The position numbers and the translations under genes are program-made. From Candidatus Binatia bacterium (lineage in GTDB: Bacteria > Desulfobacterota > Binatia > Bin18), in NCBI GenBank assembly GCA_963666315.2, contig CAXXHG010000043.1, positions 64,001-128,000 on the forward strand: a stretch of 64,000 nt of DNA, read 5' to 3'. Shown piece by piece: positions 30,134-40,160 of the stretch. Positions within the stretch are counted from its first letter, which is position 1, and the number at the start of each line of letters is the position of its first letter. The notes beneath the pieces are model-generated. The model searched no databases. It saw only the letters and a list, made by a program, of their open reading frames with translations, and had not been told where the DNA came from.

Positions 30134-30661
30134 TTATTTTGGCACCTTCTCAACTTTTAAAATCTTCACATCGAAGAATAATGTTTCTCCTGCCAAGGGA
30201 TGATTGGTATCGATCACAATTGTCTTCTCCTTCACCTCCAGAACTTTCATAAAGAGCGGCTTCCCCTCCGGACTTCTTCGCTCAAGTTCCTCGCCAACGT
30301 TCCTTTTATCTTCAGGAAGAGTGTCTATGGGAACTTCAAAAATCCGCTTAGGATAGTCTGGGCCGTAGACGTCTTCGGGTGACATCTCAAATTTCTTAGT
30401 CTCATCGGCCTTGAGGCCCACCAGGTGCTTTGCGAACAATGGCACTTTCTCGTCAGACCCGTGGACATACACCATGGGTTCCTTGCCAACATTCGCATCG
30501 AGAATGCTCTTATCTTCAAGCGTCACCGTATACTCAAGAGAAACTTTTCTTCCCTGAGCAACCTCGAGTTCCTCGGCATTGGCGATTGTTGCGGCCGTGA
30601 GACACAAGCCAGACACGATGAGCGTCAGCATGCTTCGTCTGGGACTGAGAAAGATTCGCAT
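30134..30661 (-). CDS. FKBP-type PPIase (SlyD-like) paralog with N-terminal signal peptide
   Basis: ANA-E cleavage site, VSLEYTV, PEDVYG, IDTNHPLAGETLFFDVKIL. Confidence 0.88.
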   Translation of the reverse strand: MRIFLSPRRSMLTLIVSGLCLTAATIANAEELEVAQGRKVSLEYTVTLEDKSILDANVGKEPMVYVHGSDEKVPLFAKHLVGLKADETKKFEMSPEDVYGPDYPKRIFEVPIDTLPEDKRNVGEELERRSPEGKPLFMKVLEVKEKTIVIDTNHPLAGETLFFDVKILKVEKVPK

Positions 30662-30837
30662 TTTTCTCGCTCCTAGTAACAAAACGGCACGAGGATAGGA
30701 AGTTTTGATCCTCGTGCCGTTTAGAAAGTGCCGTTCCACAAACGCCGCTACGGCGGCTATCTCAGGATATTCCCCGGAATAGTCTCCAGGACGATTTTCA
30801 GCATAGCATATTACCCTAGGGAGTCGAGTCTCGGGTG

Positions 30838-31734
30838 TTATACCATACGAGGCGGTTTGAGGTTTGAGCCTAGCGTCCCCTTGAAGACCTTAAATAAATG
30901 GTCAAGGTCCCAGGGCCCCTGACTGTAAATCGTCTTTTCGGGGACAAGGTGAGTGTATAATGAGATACGATACCCACTCGCCCCAAAGGCTTGCCCATTC
31001 ACCTCCTGGGCTTCGTCGCTGGCCAGAAAAATAACAATCGGTGCGACATTGGCGGGATCGAGCGGGCTGCCCTGCGCGGAGTCCCCACTTTCCGACAAGC
31101 CCATGCCCTGAGCGAAATTGGCTGGAATGGTGTCGGTCATCCGCGTCGCAGCACCAGGCAGGATCGCGTTACAGGTAATATTATACTTTGCCAAGGCGTT
31201 GGCGCTGCTATACGTCAGTCCGAGGATACCCGCCTTTGCCGCGGCGTAGTTGGGCTGACCTGGCGCGCCGAGTGCCGACCCGGAGGAGAAGTTAATAATC
31301 CGGCCGCTCTTTTGACGCCGCATGACTGCAGAAGCTGGCCGGATCGTACAGTAATGGCCCTTCAAATGAACCGCGATCACTGCGTCCCATTCTTCTTCGG
31401 TCATGTTGAAGATCATGCGATCGCGTAGGATCCCGGCACAGTTCACCAAAATGTCGAGTTTGCCAAACGAATCGACCGCAGTCTGAATCAGCTTTTCTCC
31501 GCCGTGGACGGTCGCAATATTGTCCGTGCTGGCAACGGCCTCACCACCCGCAGTCTGAATTTCTTCGACCACTTGCTGTGCTGGGGTTTTGTCTCCACCT
31601 TCGCCGTCCACACTCCCGCCCAGGTCATTCACCACCACCTTCGCGCCTTCTTTGACCATAAGCCGGACTATCCCTCGGCCTATCCCTCGGCCCGACCCGG
31701 TGACCACCGCTACTTTTCCGTCAAGTTTGCCCAT
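30838..31734 (-). CDS. SDR family oxidoreductase (MFE-2 hydroxyacyl-CoA dehydrogenase-like)
   Basis: TGSGRGIG, VVVNDLG, NCAGILRD, YAAAK. Confidence 0.92.
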   Translation of the reverse strand: MGKLDGKVAVVTGSGRGIGRGIVRLMVKEGAKVVVNDLGGSVDGEGGDKTPAQQVVEEIQTAGGEAVASTDNIATVHGGEKLIQTAVDSFGKLDILVNCAGILRDRMIFNMTEEEWDAVIAVHLKGHYCTIRPASAVMRRQKSGRIINFSSGSALGAPGQPNYAAAKAGILGLTYSSANALAKYNITCNAILPGAATRMTDTIPANFAQGMGLSESGDSAQGSPLDPANVAPIVIFLASDEAQEVNGQAFGASGYRISLYTHLVPEKTIYSQGPWDLDHLFKVFKGTLGSNLKPPRMV

Positions 31735-31787
31735 TGTGATGCCTCCTTATGTGATGGGGGCACGGCAGGCCGTGCCCGTATTCAGCC

Positions 31788-32972
31788 CTATCCTTTTGGA
31801 AGTCCAAGCACTCGATCTCCCAAAATATTCTTCTGGATTTCCGATGTCCCCCCGCCGATCGTCAGTAAGCGATACCACAGAGCAGCACGTGGCCAGCGGC
31901 CGTTATCAATAGTATGCGGGGAGCCTTGGGTGAGTTGCGCGTATGGACCCAGCAGTTCGGTTGCAAACATGGCCAGGCGCATATTCAACTCAGAGCCTAA
32001 TAGCTTATTGACCGACCCCTCTGGTCCGGGCGGATTGCCTTTGAGCCGCTTACTAAAACTGCGGAACATATTGTACGTGATAGCATTACATTCAATAGAA
32101 AACTGGGCCAGTTTCTGACGTACGGCAGGATCTTCGCTGGCCGGCCTGCCATGAATTTCAACCGTCTTACACACCTTGAGCAGCTCAGCAAGCTGCCGAT
32201 GTACCGGCAGCTCAGACCCAATCCCGGCCCGTTCGTGCATCAACGTGGTCACTAATACTTTCCAGCCCTCGTTCTTGGGCCCAATCAGATTGGTTTTCGG
32301 TACGCGGACATCCTCAAAAAAAATCTCGTTAAACTCGGAATCGCCCGTAATCTGTACCAGCGGTTGAACCGTGATGCCGGGAGTTTTCATATCCACAGCC
32401 AGACAACTAATCCCCCGATGTTTGGGGGCATCCGGATCGGTGCGGACAAAGAGCTGGATAAAGTCCGCGCGGTGGGCAAAACTGGTCCAGACTTTCTGGC
32501 CGTTCAGCACAAAATAGTCACCCTCTTCCACCGCCCGCATTTGCATCGAGGCCAAGTCGGAACCGGCACCGGGCTCGGATAAGCCTTCACACCAAATTTC
32601 GCTGCCAGAAAGAATCTGGGGCAGATGGCGTTGCTTTTGCTCCTCAGTTGCCCAATGAATCAGGGTCGGACCTGACATCAGGAGCCCCAGGGTGTTGGCA
32701 AAACGTGGCGCGTGGGCCTTGTGCATCTCCTGATTGAAGATGAACATTTCCATCAGGCTGGCGCCGCGTCCACCGTATTCCTCAGGCCAGTGTATGCCCA
32801 CCCAACGGTCTTTGCAGGCCGTCTGCTGCCAGGTGCGTTGGTACTCAAAGCGCGCGTCCGCGTCGATATCGTCAAAATGCTTCGGATCATAGCTTGCGGG
32901 CAGGTTATCTTGTAACCAGGAGTGTAGCTCCTGACGAAAGGCTTCTTCTTCCGGGGTAAAGTTAAAATCCAT
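31788..32972 (-). CDS. Acyl-CoA dehydrogenase family protein
   Basis: WP.EYGG, SEPGAGSDLA, NGQKVWTS, FNEIFF, TIGGGTSEIQKN. Confidence 0.93.
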   Translation of the reverse strand: MDFNFTPEEEAFRQELHSWLQDNLPASYDPKHFDDIDADARFEYQRTWQQTACKDRWVGIHWPEEYGGRGASLMEMFIFNQEMHKAHAPRFANTLGLLMSGPTLIHWATEEQKQRHLPQILSGSEIWCEGLSEPGAGSDLASMQMRAVEEGDYFVLNGQKVWTSFAHRADFIQLFVRTDPDAPKHRGISCLAVDMKTPGITVQPLVQITGDSEFNEIFFEDVRVPKTNLIGPKNEGWKVLVTTLMHERAGIGSELPVHRQLAELLKVCKTVEIHGRPASEDPAVRQKLAQFSIECNAITYNMFRSFSKRLKGNPPGPEGSVNKLLGSELNMRLAMFATELLGPYAQLTQGSPHTIDNGRWPRAALWYRLLTIGGGTSEIQKNILGDRVLGLPKG

Positions 32973-33114
32973 TCCGCTCTCCTCTGCGGCCCTAGCTTAA
33001 CCGCTTCAAATCTAAGGGTAAAGAGTGACACCCAAACAACGTGCGGCCTGGCAGTTCCAGCCGCTTGGCGTCATAAACAACGCATAAGAGTACAGGTCCA
33101 CAGGAGGGACGACC

Positions 33115-33621
33115 ATGGCAACAACGCCTTTTGCTTATATCGCAGCCGGGCATCATCAGATTGCCTTTGTGGTGAAAGATCTCAAAGCAGCAGAGAAATT
33201 TTTCTCTGGAAAAATGGGAGCTCCTCGTTTCTTTCGCCTCAATGATGTCGAGGTCTATGAGTCATTCTACCGGGGTGGACCGGGCGATTTTCACATGGAC
33301 ATCTCAATCGGCTATGCGGGAGATTCTCAGATCGAGCTCATTCAGCATCTCTCGGGCAGCAGTATTTATAAAGAATTTCTTGATAAACGCGATGAAGGGC
33401 TGCATCATCTGGGATTCATTGTTCCGGACCACGACCAAGTAGTGGCCGACTTTGAGGCCAATGGCTTTCCACGAATCCAAAGTGGCCGGATCGGAGACGA
33501 CCCGGGCGTTCAGTTTGCCTATTTTGATACTGAGGCGACCATAGGCGCGATCATGGAAAGTATTGTTCTTGATGACAATACTAGGAATTTATTCGATCGG
33601 ATCAAACGGGGCGATTTCTAA
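33115..33621 (+). CDS. VOC family protein (methylmalonyl-CoA epimerase/glyoxalase-like)
   Basis: HQIAFVV.DL, QIELIQ, EGLHHLGF, FAYFDT. Confidence 0.85.
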   Translation: MATTPFAYIAAGHHQIAFVVKDLKAAEKFFSGKMGAPRFFRLNDVEVYESFYRGGPGDFHMDISIGYAGDSQIELIQHLSGSSIYKEFLDKRDEGLHHLGFIVPDHDQVVADFEANGFPRIQSGRIGDDPGVQFAYFDTEATIGAIMESIVLDDNTRNLFDRIKRGDF

Positions 33622-33681
33622 GACTCAGGACGATTGCTGAGACTGTTCAGTTGATTTGATGCAGGAGAGGAAATCTCGTTG

Positions 33682-33972
33682 TTATTCCCCTCCTGGATAT
33701 ATTTTTTCCAACCGAGAAAGTAAGTCTTCTTGGCTGCCAGGCTGCTGCACGTCTTTTGAAGGAATCGTTTCTTTGTTTCCAGCCGTCTCCGCTACATCCT
33801 GAGTATTCTGAGCATTCTGAACAGCCTGAACATCTTGAGACTGCTCTTCCAAAAGCTGCTGCTTCAGCCGAGCGATTTCCTGATCGCGTTCTTCCAATTG
33901 CTGTCGGAGCTGATAGACGAACGCCACCAGCTCGCCGTACGACAATGCTGTTATATCCGGGCCAGATTCCAT
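33682..33972 (-). CDS. Hypothetical coiled-coil protein with a short Gln-rich repeat
   Basis: Clean ORF; heptad pattern LRQQLEERDQEIARLKQQL; QDVQAVQNAQNTQDV. Confidence 0.55.
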   Translation of the reverse strand: MESGPDITALSYGELVAFVYQLRQQLEERDQEIARLKQQLLEEQSQDVQAVQNAQNTQDVAETAGNKETIPSKDVQQPGSQEDLLSRLEKIYPGGE

Positions 33973-34086
33973 TTTTTCTTCTCATCTTCCCATCATGAGC
34001 GTGTAGGCTTTGCAACACTCCTGTCCGGTTTGGCCAAATTTTGACCAACTTTGACAAGCACAGGCTCGATTGCTACGTCGTCAGGT

Positions 34087-35172
34087 ATGGATACAAAACT
34101 GCGCCGAGCGCTGGATTCAGCCGTTGCTGAGAAGTGGGGGAAAGGGACTCTGATTGCCCGCATCGATCCCTTAGCCGGGGATGCTTCGAGCCGGAGCTAT
34201 GTTCGTTTGCACTTCAGTGGCGATAGTCCACATTCAGCCAGTTCAGCCGTGGTCATGGTTCTTGCCGGCAGTGGGTTGGCGTTGTCTTCTGACGAACTTG
34301 CCGTTTTTAACAAACCGCTGAGAGAGCTGCCTTATCTCAACCTGCATTATTTTCTTGAACCGCTCGGCGTCCGCGTTCCGCAGCTCTACGTGGATGGCCA
34401 ACAGGAGGGGTTTCTCCTGCTCGAAGATATTGGCGATCTGTCTCTGCGCGAAGCAGTCCAAGGCTTACCAGAAGCCGAGGTCGGACAATGGTACCAACGC
34501 GCTATCGATCAATTGCTCCTCATCCAAATAGCGGGCACACGGCACAAAAACGATAGCTGTATCGCCTTTCAGCAACGCTTTGATAAGCGTCTGTTCTTAT
34601 GGGAGTTTGAACATTTTGTTGAATGGGGTTTAGACAAACGTGGCGGAAAAGCGCTCTCAACCTCAGAAACGCGCACGCTCCAAGGAATCTTTGAGCACAT
34701 TTCTATTCGCCTTGATCAGGCAAATTTTTTCCTCAATCATCGCGACTACCACAGTTGGAACTTATTCGTGCAACAGGCTGGCATTCGCGTCATTGACTTC
34801 CAGGATGCCCTGCTCGCCCCGGCACCATATGATCTGGCCACATTGCTCAATGACCGCGATACACCTGAAGTGATCAGCCCTGTATTGGAAGAAGCCTTGG
34901 TCAACTACTACCACGATACCTGGAATCAGAGCGACGGCCCTTCTCTGTCTTCCGAACTGGTTTGGGAAGAATACAATCTGTGCCTGCTGCAAAAAGCGTG
35001 TAAAGTTGTCGGACGCTTCTATTATCTGGAGCTGGAAAAGGGCAAGACCGGCTATCTGCGCTATATTCCGCCCACGCTGGCAACTATTCGACGTGTTTTG
35101 GCGCGGCTGCCGCAATACACCCACCTGCAGGACATCCTTGTAGACCACTTTCCCGAACATTTCTCAGTATAA
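34087..35172 (+). CDS. amgK: Anomeric MurNAc/GlcNAc kinase-like phosphotransferase (APH family)
   Basis: LAGDASSRSY.R, LLEDIGD, HRDYHSWNL, IDFQDA, YDLA.LL; paired with a nucleotidyltransferase. Confidence 0.8.
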   Translation: MDTKLRRALDSAVAEKWGKGTLIARIDPLAGDASSRSYVRLHFSGDSPHSASSAVVMVLAGSGLALSSDELAVFNKPLRELPYLNLHYFLEPLGVRVPQLYVDGQQEGFLLLEDIGDLSLREAVQGLPEAEVGQWYQRAIDQLLLIQIAGTRHKNDSCIAFQQRFDKRLFLWEFEHFVEWGLDKRGGKALSTSETRTLQGIFEHISIRLDQANFFLNHRDYHSWNLFVQQAGIRVIDFQDALLAPAPYDLATLLNDRDTPEVISPVLEEALVNYYHDTWNQSDGPSLSSELVWEEYNLCLLQKACKVVGRFYYLELEKGKTGYLRYIPPTLATIRRVLARLPQYTHLQDILVDHFPEHFSV

Positions 35173-35186
35173 CTCCTAGTATAACT

Positions 35187-35930
35187 ATGCGCGCCATGAT
35201 TCTCGCCGCAGGTCTGGGCACCCGGATGCGACCGTTGACCAATTCGATTCCCAAAGCGCTTGTCCCAATCGCCGGCCGGCCTTTGATTGAATACGCCTTA
35301 CTGTTTGTGAAGGCCCAAGGCATCCAAGAGGTCGTCATTAACCTGCATCATCATGGCCAGAAGCTCAGAGAGACCTTGGGAAACGGCAGCGCTTATCGTT
35401 TGCAGATCACCTACTCTCCAGAAGATCCGATCCTGGACACAGGCGGAGGGATTAAGAAGGCCCAGCCGTTTCTCGACGGCGAACCCTTTCTGGTTCTCAA
35501 TTCAGACACCATTCTCGATTTTGATCTAACAGCATTCCTCGCCGTACACCATCAAACTCAAGCCATTGGGACGCTACTGCTCAGACCCAACCCTGACCCA
35601 GAGCAGTACGGCCTGATTGAAACTGACCAGCAAGGAGCTATTCGTCGCATTCGGGGAGAACCGGGCGAGATTATAGTCAACGCGCCCCTTGCTACTTTTA
35701 TGTTTACGGGCTGCCAAGTCCTAGAGCCGCGTATTTTTGACTACATGCCGGAAGGACAGGCCTTTAGCACTACCCACGAACTCTACCCTCAACTCATACG
35801 AAGAGGAGAAACACTCCAGAGTTTTCTTCACGCTGGAGCATGGCTAGGGGTCGATGACACAGACGGAATCGCCCGAGCCACACAAGCGATAGTCTCTGGT
35901 CAGTTGCGCTTATCCTACCTGCGCCCGTAA
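35187..35930 (+). CDS. murU: MurNAc-alpha-1-phosphate uridylyltransferase-like nucleotidyltransferase
   Basis: AMILAAGLGTRMRPLT...PK.L, VINLHH, LDTGGG; follows amgK. Confidence 0.8.
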   Translation: MRAMILAAGLGTRMRPLTNSIPKALVPIAGRPLIEYALLFVKAQGIQEVVINLHHHGQKLRETLGNGSAYRLQITYSPEDPILDTGGGIKKAQPFLDGEPFLVLNSDTILDFDLTAFLAVHHQTQAIGTLLLRPNPDPEQYGLIETDQQGAIRRIRGEPGEIIVNAPLATFMFTGCQVLEPRIFDYMPEGQAFSTTHELYPQLIRRGETLQSFLHAGAWLGVDDTDGIARATQAIVSGQLRLSYLRP

Positions 35931-36674
35931 CCGCTCCATGACAATCGAAGCAAAGTTATTGAGGCAGCGCTGTGCTGCTGGCGTGCTCCGAACAGTTTTG
36001 CGAAGCCAGTCCTGGAGGGGCCCCTCGTCAGATGGCCAACGCGGGAATGATTCTAGAGGCAACGCAGCTGTGTGCAAGGCAATCAACACCTGCATAAGTG
36101 CAGGCGTATATTCCGGATGGAATTGAGTGCCCCAGATGCGATCATCGAGAGAAAATGCCTGATATGCGCAGTTGTCATTGTGGACTAAAGCACGCGCACC
36201 GGGCGGCAGTTCAGTCACGATTTCTCCATGACTCTCTTGAGCCAAAAAAGACTCGGGCACTGACGCGAAGAGAACATTCCGTTGTCCTTCTTGTGTCAAA
36301 GAGACCGTTGCCGTACCAAGCTCCCAGCCGCGAGGATTTTTTTCAACACGGCCGCCAAACGTGCGAGCAACGTGCTGATGACCGAAACAGATGCCATAGA
36401 TTGGAACTGACTGATCAGCGGCCCGTTTCAGAAAATCCTCGCTCTTCGCAATCCATGGGTCGGTATCATTGGCCGAAGCAACCGAGCCGGTCACAACGAT
36501 GCCCGCAATATTGCGCGCCCAACCGACCTCAGGCAGGGTTTCCTTACGCGCGTCAACCACGGCACATTGCTCTTCTCCCAGCAGGTCCAAAAACGCCTGC
36601 TCGGAGCGGCCGAATTGCGCAATCATGCGGCGGGATAGTTCTCCGGTTTTCAGAATAAGAATAGGTTTTATCAT
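35910..36674 (-). CDS. Class I glutamine amidotransferase (TdnT/AtdA2-like by context)
   Basis: GIVVTGS, GICFGHQ (Cys), QFHPE (His-Glu) triad. Confidence 0.88.
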   Translation of the reverse strand: MIKPILILKTGELSRRMIAQFGRSEQAFLDLLGEEQCAVVDARKETLPEVGWARNIAGIVVTGSVASANDTDPWIAKSEDFLKRAADQSVPIYGICFGHQHVARTFGGRVEKNPRGWELGTATVSLTQEGQRNVLFASVPESFLAQESHGEIVTELPPGARALVHNDNCAYQAFSLDDRIWGTQFHPEYTPALMQVLIALHTAALPLESFPRWPSDEGPLQDWLRKTVRSTPAAQRCLNNFASIVMERLRAQVG

Positions 36675-36685
36675 ATTTTCATTTC

Positions 36686-37294
36686 TTACAGGAAGAACGA
36701 AATATTGCCCTGAGCCTGATCTGCGTCGATGAGGTTGATCTGCTTTAGCTCGATGAGCCAGTCGTCCTCAGCTTGCCGTTGTAGTACATAGCCACCCATG
36801 CACGGTAGCGTCTGTTGTTTTCCTTTGCGATAAGTATGAATAGTCAGATTGGTGCGCACTCGCAGTTCGTCAGCACCAACCGCCCAAATCTCAATATTGC
36901 TCAAACAGTGTCGGGTCCGAGTTGGCGGAATTTGTGAGAACGCGTGACCAGTGCGTATCCGGGCAACACGGTCTTCCAAGCGCCGCCGGTCTTGCAATTC
37001 CCAGGTGATTTCGCGACGTGGGTCCTGCGGCACCACATCGCTGGGTATCCAATAGATGCAGTGCTCGACAAAGAGATTGAGCCACTCCTCGAATCGTCCA
37101 CCGTCGAGCAAGCGACACTCTTGATTGAGCAAGGCAGTAACTGTAGCGGCCTGTGAGGCAGGAACCGCTAGACCTGCCTCTGACCATTGCGCGGAAATCT
37201 TTAGCAGTCGGTCGTACAGCGCGTCATCAACATACGTCGATGGACCTGGGTGTTCTCCCAGCAGGTGGCGTTTTTTACTGGCAGAGGCGCTCAT
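36686..37294 (-). CDS. Aromatic ring-hydroxylating dioxygenase beta subunit (TdnA2/AtdA4-like)
   Basis: E.RLLD...FEEWL.L, YWIP, LEDRV.R, SQ.P..RT.H; 4-bp overlap with alpha. Confidence 0.9.
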   Translation of the reverse strand: MSASASKKRHLLGEHPGPSTYVDDALYDRLLKISAQWSEAGLAVPASQAATVTALLNQECRLLDGGRFEEWLNLFVEHCIYWIPSDVVPQDPRREITWELQDRRRLEDRVARIRTGHAFSQIPPTRTRHCLSNIEIWAVGADELRVRTNLTIHTYRKGKQQTLPCMGGYVLQRQAEDDWLIELKQINLIDADQAQGNISFFL

Positions 37295-38640
37295 CCGTTC
37301 TTTCCCTGACGCTGGTTACTCAAGTCGATACGCACCTCGCTACGCATAAGGCGTTGCCACTCGCGGTAAAAGGTCCGCATGGTCAGGTCACTGGTGACGA
37401 GCGCACGTATCCCGTCCTGTTCTTGGACTTCTGTCGGACTGTTCAAATGCCGGCTGCAATCAACCCACTCGTCTTCCTTTATGCCTAACCCCTCTTGGCA
37501 CGCCTCAAAGTTTTCCACATCATCGACTTCCCCAAACATTGGAAAATCTTCCTGGGTTCGCATGCGGAGCGTGTTAATCTCGTCAGGGAGGTCCGCCACG
37601 CTGGTGGCAAACCACCACACGTCGGTCTTGTCGACTGCAATAGGGTCAACCAATTGGATCTGATTACCAATGAGCAAGAGATTGGGAAAGATGTTCAGGT
37701 TCATTCCCGCGCCAACGGCAAGTTCGAGCAGGCGTTTTGCCTCCTGCTCGCCGTAACGGCTCTGCAGTTCGGCTTCGTAGTGCTCACGGCCTGGTTGCGG
37801 GCGTTGTGCGGCCCAGGCGGAGTCGGCAAACATTTCCGGGCGTTGGTCCACATAAAAATGGCCGTTATCAAAGCATTTGACGAACATCCTGGATTCGTCA
37901 ACGTTCCCACCAAAATAAGACATGTCCCGGTCGGCACCATAACGCTGACTTGTCATCGACAGCAGCGAGAGGTGGGAGTACGCGGGATGGTAGCCATCTC
38001 CTTGGTTATCGGTGACAAATTTCCAGTTTGCAGCGATCCGATAACGCGGTGTTCCCGTTACCACAATGGCGCCACCATCATAGCGATCAATCCAATCATC
38101 AAAGGGGCTACGCACGCCAGCCAGATATGCTTCGATTTCTGGTGCTTCTGAATTGAGCGTCCCAAAAATAAAGCCGCGATACGATGTCACGCGTGGCACT
38201 TGAAGCAAATTATATCTGCGGCTGCTTCGATGGTGTCTGTAGGCATCCCTCAGCGGTACCGATACGGAACGACCGCTGAGATTATACGACCACGCATGGT
38301 AGGGGCACACGAACATCTTGGTCGAACCTCTATCCGCCCGACACACTTTTGCCCCTTTATGCGCGCAGCGGTTGAACAACACGTGAATCTCACCAGTGCT
38401 GTCCCGGGTGAGGATGACGGGGCGTCCACCAAAGCGCCGGGTGATAAAGTCATTGGCGTTCGGAATCTCGCTTTCATGGCCCACGAAGACCCAGGCGCTG
38501 CCAAAGATATTGACCATTTCACGCTTGAAAATATCACCATCAGTATAGACCGATCGATGGATCCGACTCGGGTGGACGACAAAGCCCCACTTATCGGCAA
38601 TATCGTTGCGTTTGTGTTCAGCTAGTGTGGTGACACTCAT
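37291..38640 (-). CDS. Rieske dioxygenase alpha subunit, aniline-dioxygenase-like (TdnA1/AtdA3-like)
   Basis: NRCAHKG...CPYHAW; DGYHPAYSH; C-terminal RMRTQEDFP..GEVDDV.NFE.CQEGL as I recall from aniline dioxygenase alpha subunits. Confidence 0.85.
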   Translation of the reverse strand: MSVTTLAEHKRNDIADKWGFVVHPSRIHRSVYTDGDIFKREMVNIFGSAWVFVGHESEIPNANDFITRRFGGRPVILTRDSTGEIHVLFNRCAHKGAKVCRADRGSTKMFVCPYHAWSYNLSGRSVSVPLRDAYRHHRSSRRYNLLQVPRVTSYRGFIFGTLNSEAPEIEAYLAGVRSPFDDWIDRYDGGAIVVTGTPRYRIAANWKFVTDNQGDGYHPAYSHLSLLSMTSQRYGADRDMSYFGGNVDESRMFVKCFDNGHFYVDQRPEMFADSAWAAQRPQPGREHYEAELQSRYGEQEAKRLLELAVGAGMNLNIFPNLLLIGNQIQLVDPIAVDKTDVWWFATSVADLPDEINTLRMRTQEDFPMFGEVDDVENFEACQEGLGIKEDEWVDCSRHLNSPTEVQEQDGIRALVTSDLTMRTFYREWQRLMRSEVRIDLSNQRQGKNG

Positions 38641-38675
38641 CGGTCTTCTCCATCTTGCGTCGATGAAAGGAGCCC

Positions 38676-40155
38676 TTAATACAGCTCAAAATACTCTTTG
38701 TGTTCCCAGTCGGTCACATAGGCGAGGAAGCGGGCAATTTCGAATCGTGTGAGTTTCAGAAAATAGTCTACGAATTGATCGCCAAACCCGGCTCGCAACG
38801 CAGCAGAGTGATCAAGCGCATCGACAGCCTGCATCAGGCTATTTGGTAGGGGTGGTTTATCGATTTGTGCGTAGGGATCATCTTGGATCGGATCGCCCGG
38901 GTCGGAGTTATTACCTATACCATCAAGACCAGCATGGATCTGCGAGGCCATGTATAGATAGGGATTGGCGCTCGGGTCACCGCTTCGATTCTCAATATGC
39001 GTGTCCGACGCTCCGTATCCGCCGACCAGGCGCAGCATGGCGCCACGATTGTCGTGTGACCAGATGATTCGGTTCGGAGCCAATAGGTTAGCGTTGAGGC
39101 GTTTATACCCATTGATGGTCGGGTTGGAAAAGGCCGTCGCAGCAGCAGCATGTGTCAGCAAACCGCCAATATAATACCTGCCAACATCGCTCACCAAAGT
39201 GTGCGCATCGCTGGCGGCGAACGCATTGCTAGCCGAGTCCTTATCCCGCAAAGACTGATGCAAATGCCAGCCGCTAGAATACACGTTTGGCAGCGCTGGC
39301 TTGGCCATGAAAGTGGCGAGGCGGCCTTGCCTACGCATCAGGTGCTTGGTCGCCGTGCGAAACATTAAGAGGGTATCAGCCGCGTCGAGACCGGTTAAGG
39401 GATTAAAAGTGACTTCGAATTGTCCCGGTCCCCATTCAACCTCAATGGTCCGTAACGGCAATCCAAGCGCAGCCATGGCATCACGCAGCTGATCCGCCAG
39501 CGACTCAAGAGCGTCGATTTGACCACTCCCGTGCAGCTGGTAGCCGTGATTAAGGGCGCGTACCGTTGGCGGCTCGGCCGGCTGCCCGGAATCGGTCAGT
39601 GAAAGACACGGATCATCAATATCAAAAATGTAGAACTCGAGTTCAAGTCCGGCGACAAAGTGATAGCCTTGCGCTTGTAACGCGTTGAGGGCGTTGCGCA
39701 GGACATAGCGGCAATCGAAAGGACAGCGGCTGCCGTCTTTTAGGTATAGGTCAGAGAGTATCCAGGCTGTCTGCGGTGCCCACGGCAAGACCTTCAGCGT
39801 ACAGGGGTCAGGCACCAGTACCATGTCACCCCCACCGCCCATTTGCTCCATACCAAAACCGCCGTCACGATCGAATAGAGGGAAGGCAATCATGTTGGCG
39901 GTATCCATACCGAGCGTCGCCACCGTCTCTGCAACACCATTGCGTAACGCCAATAGAAAGTTTTGCGCGGTTAGGCTTTTACCCCGCATCAAGCCGTGCG
40001 GATCGCAAGTACGCCACACGAACCGTCTTGATACCGTGCTCGTCAAGTAGCGCAGGAAGACGCTGCGCTGCATCGGATTGCACCTCGCTCCAGGCGTCTG
40101 CTTCAGCAATGAAATCTTTGCGGCCTATCGTCAATTCACCCGCATCATCAACCAT
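38676..40155 (-). CDS. Glutamine synthetase-like gamma-glutamyl-amine ligase (TdnQ/AtdA1-like); +1 frameshift at ~40007
   Basis: ATG 40155 gives FIAEADAWSEVQ...VRVAY; removing one base joins CDPHGLMRGK; GLELEFY, EWGPGQFE, SGWHLHQSL, ENR.GDP.ANPY. Confidence 0.85.
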
Positions 40156-40160
40156 TGGGA

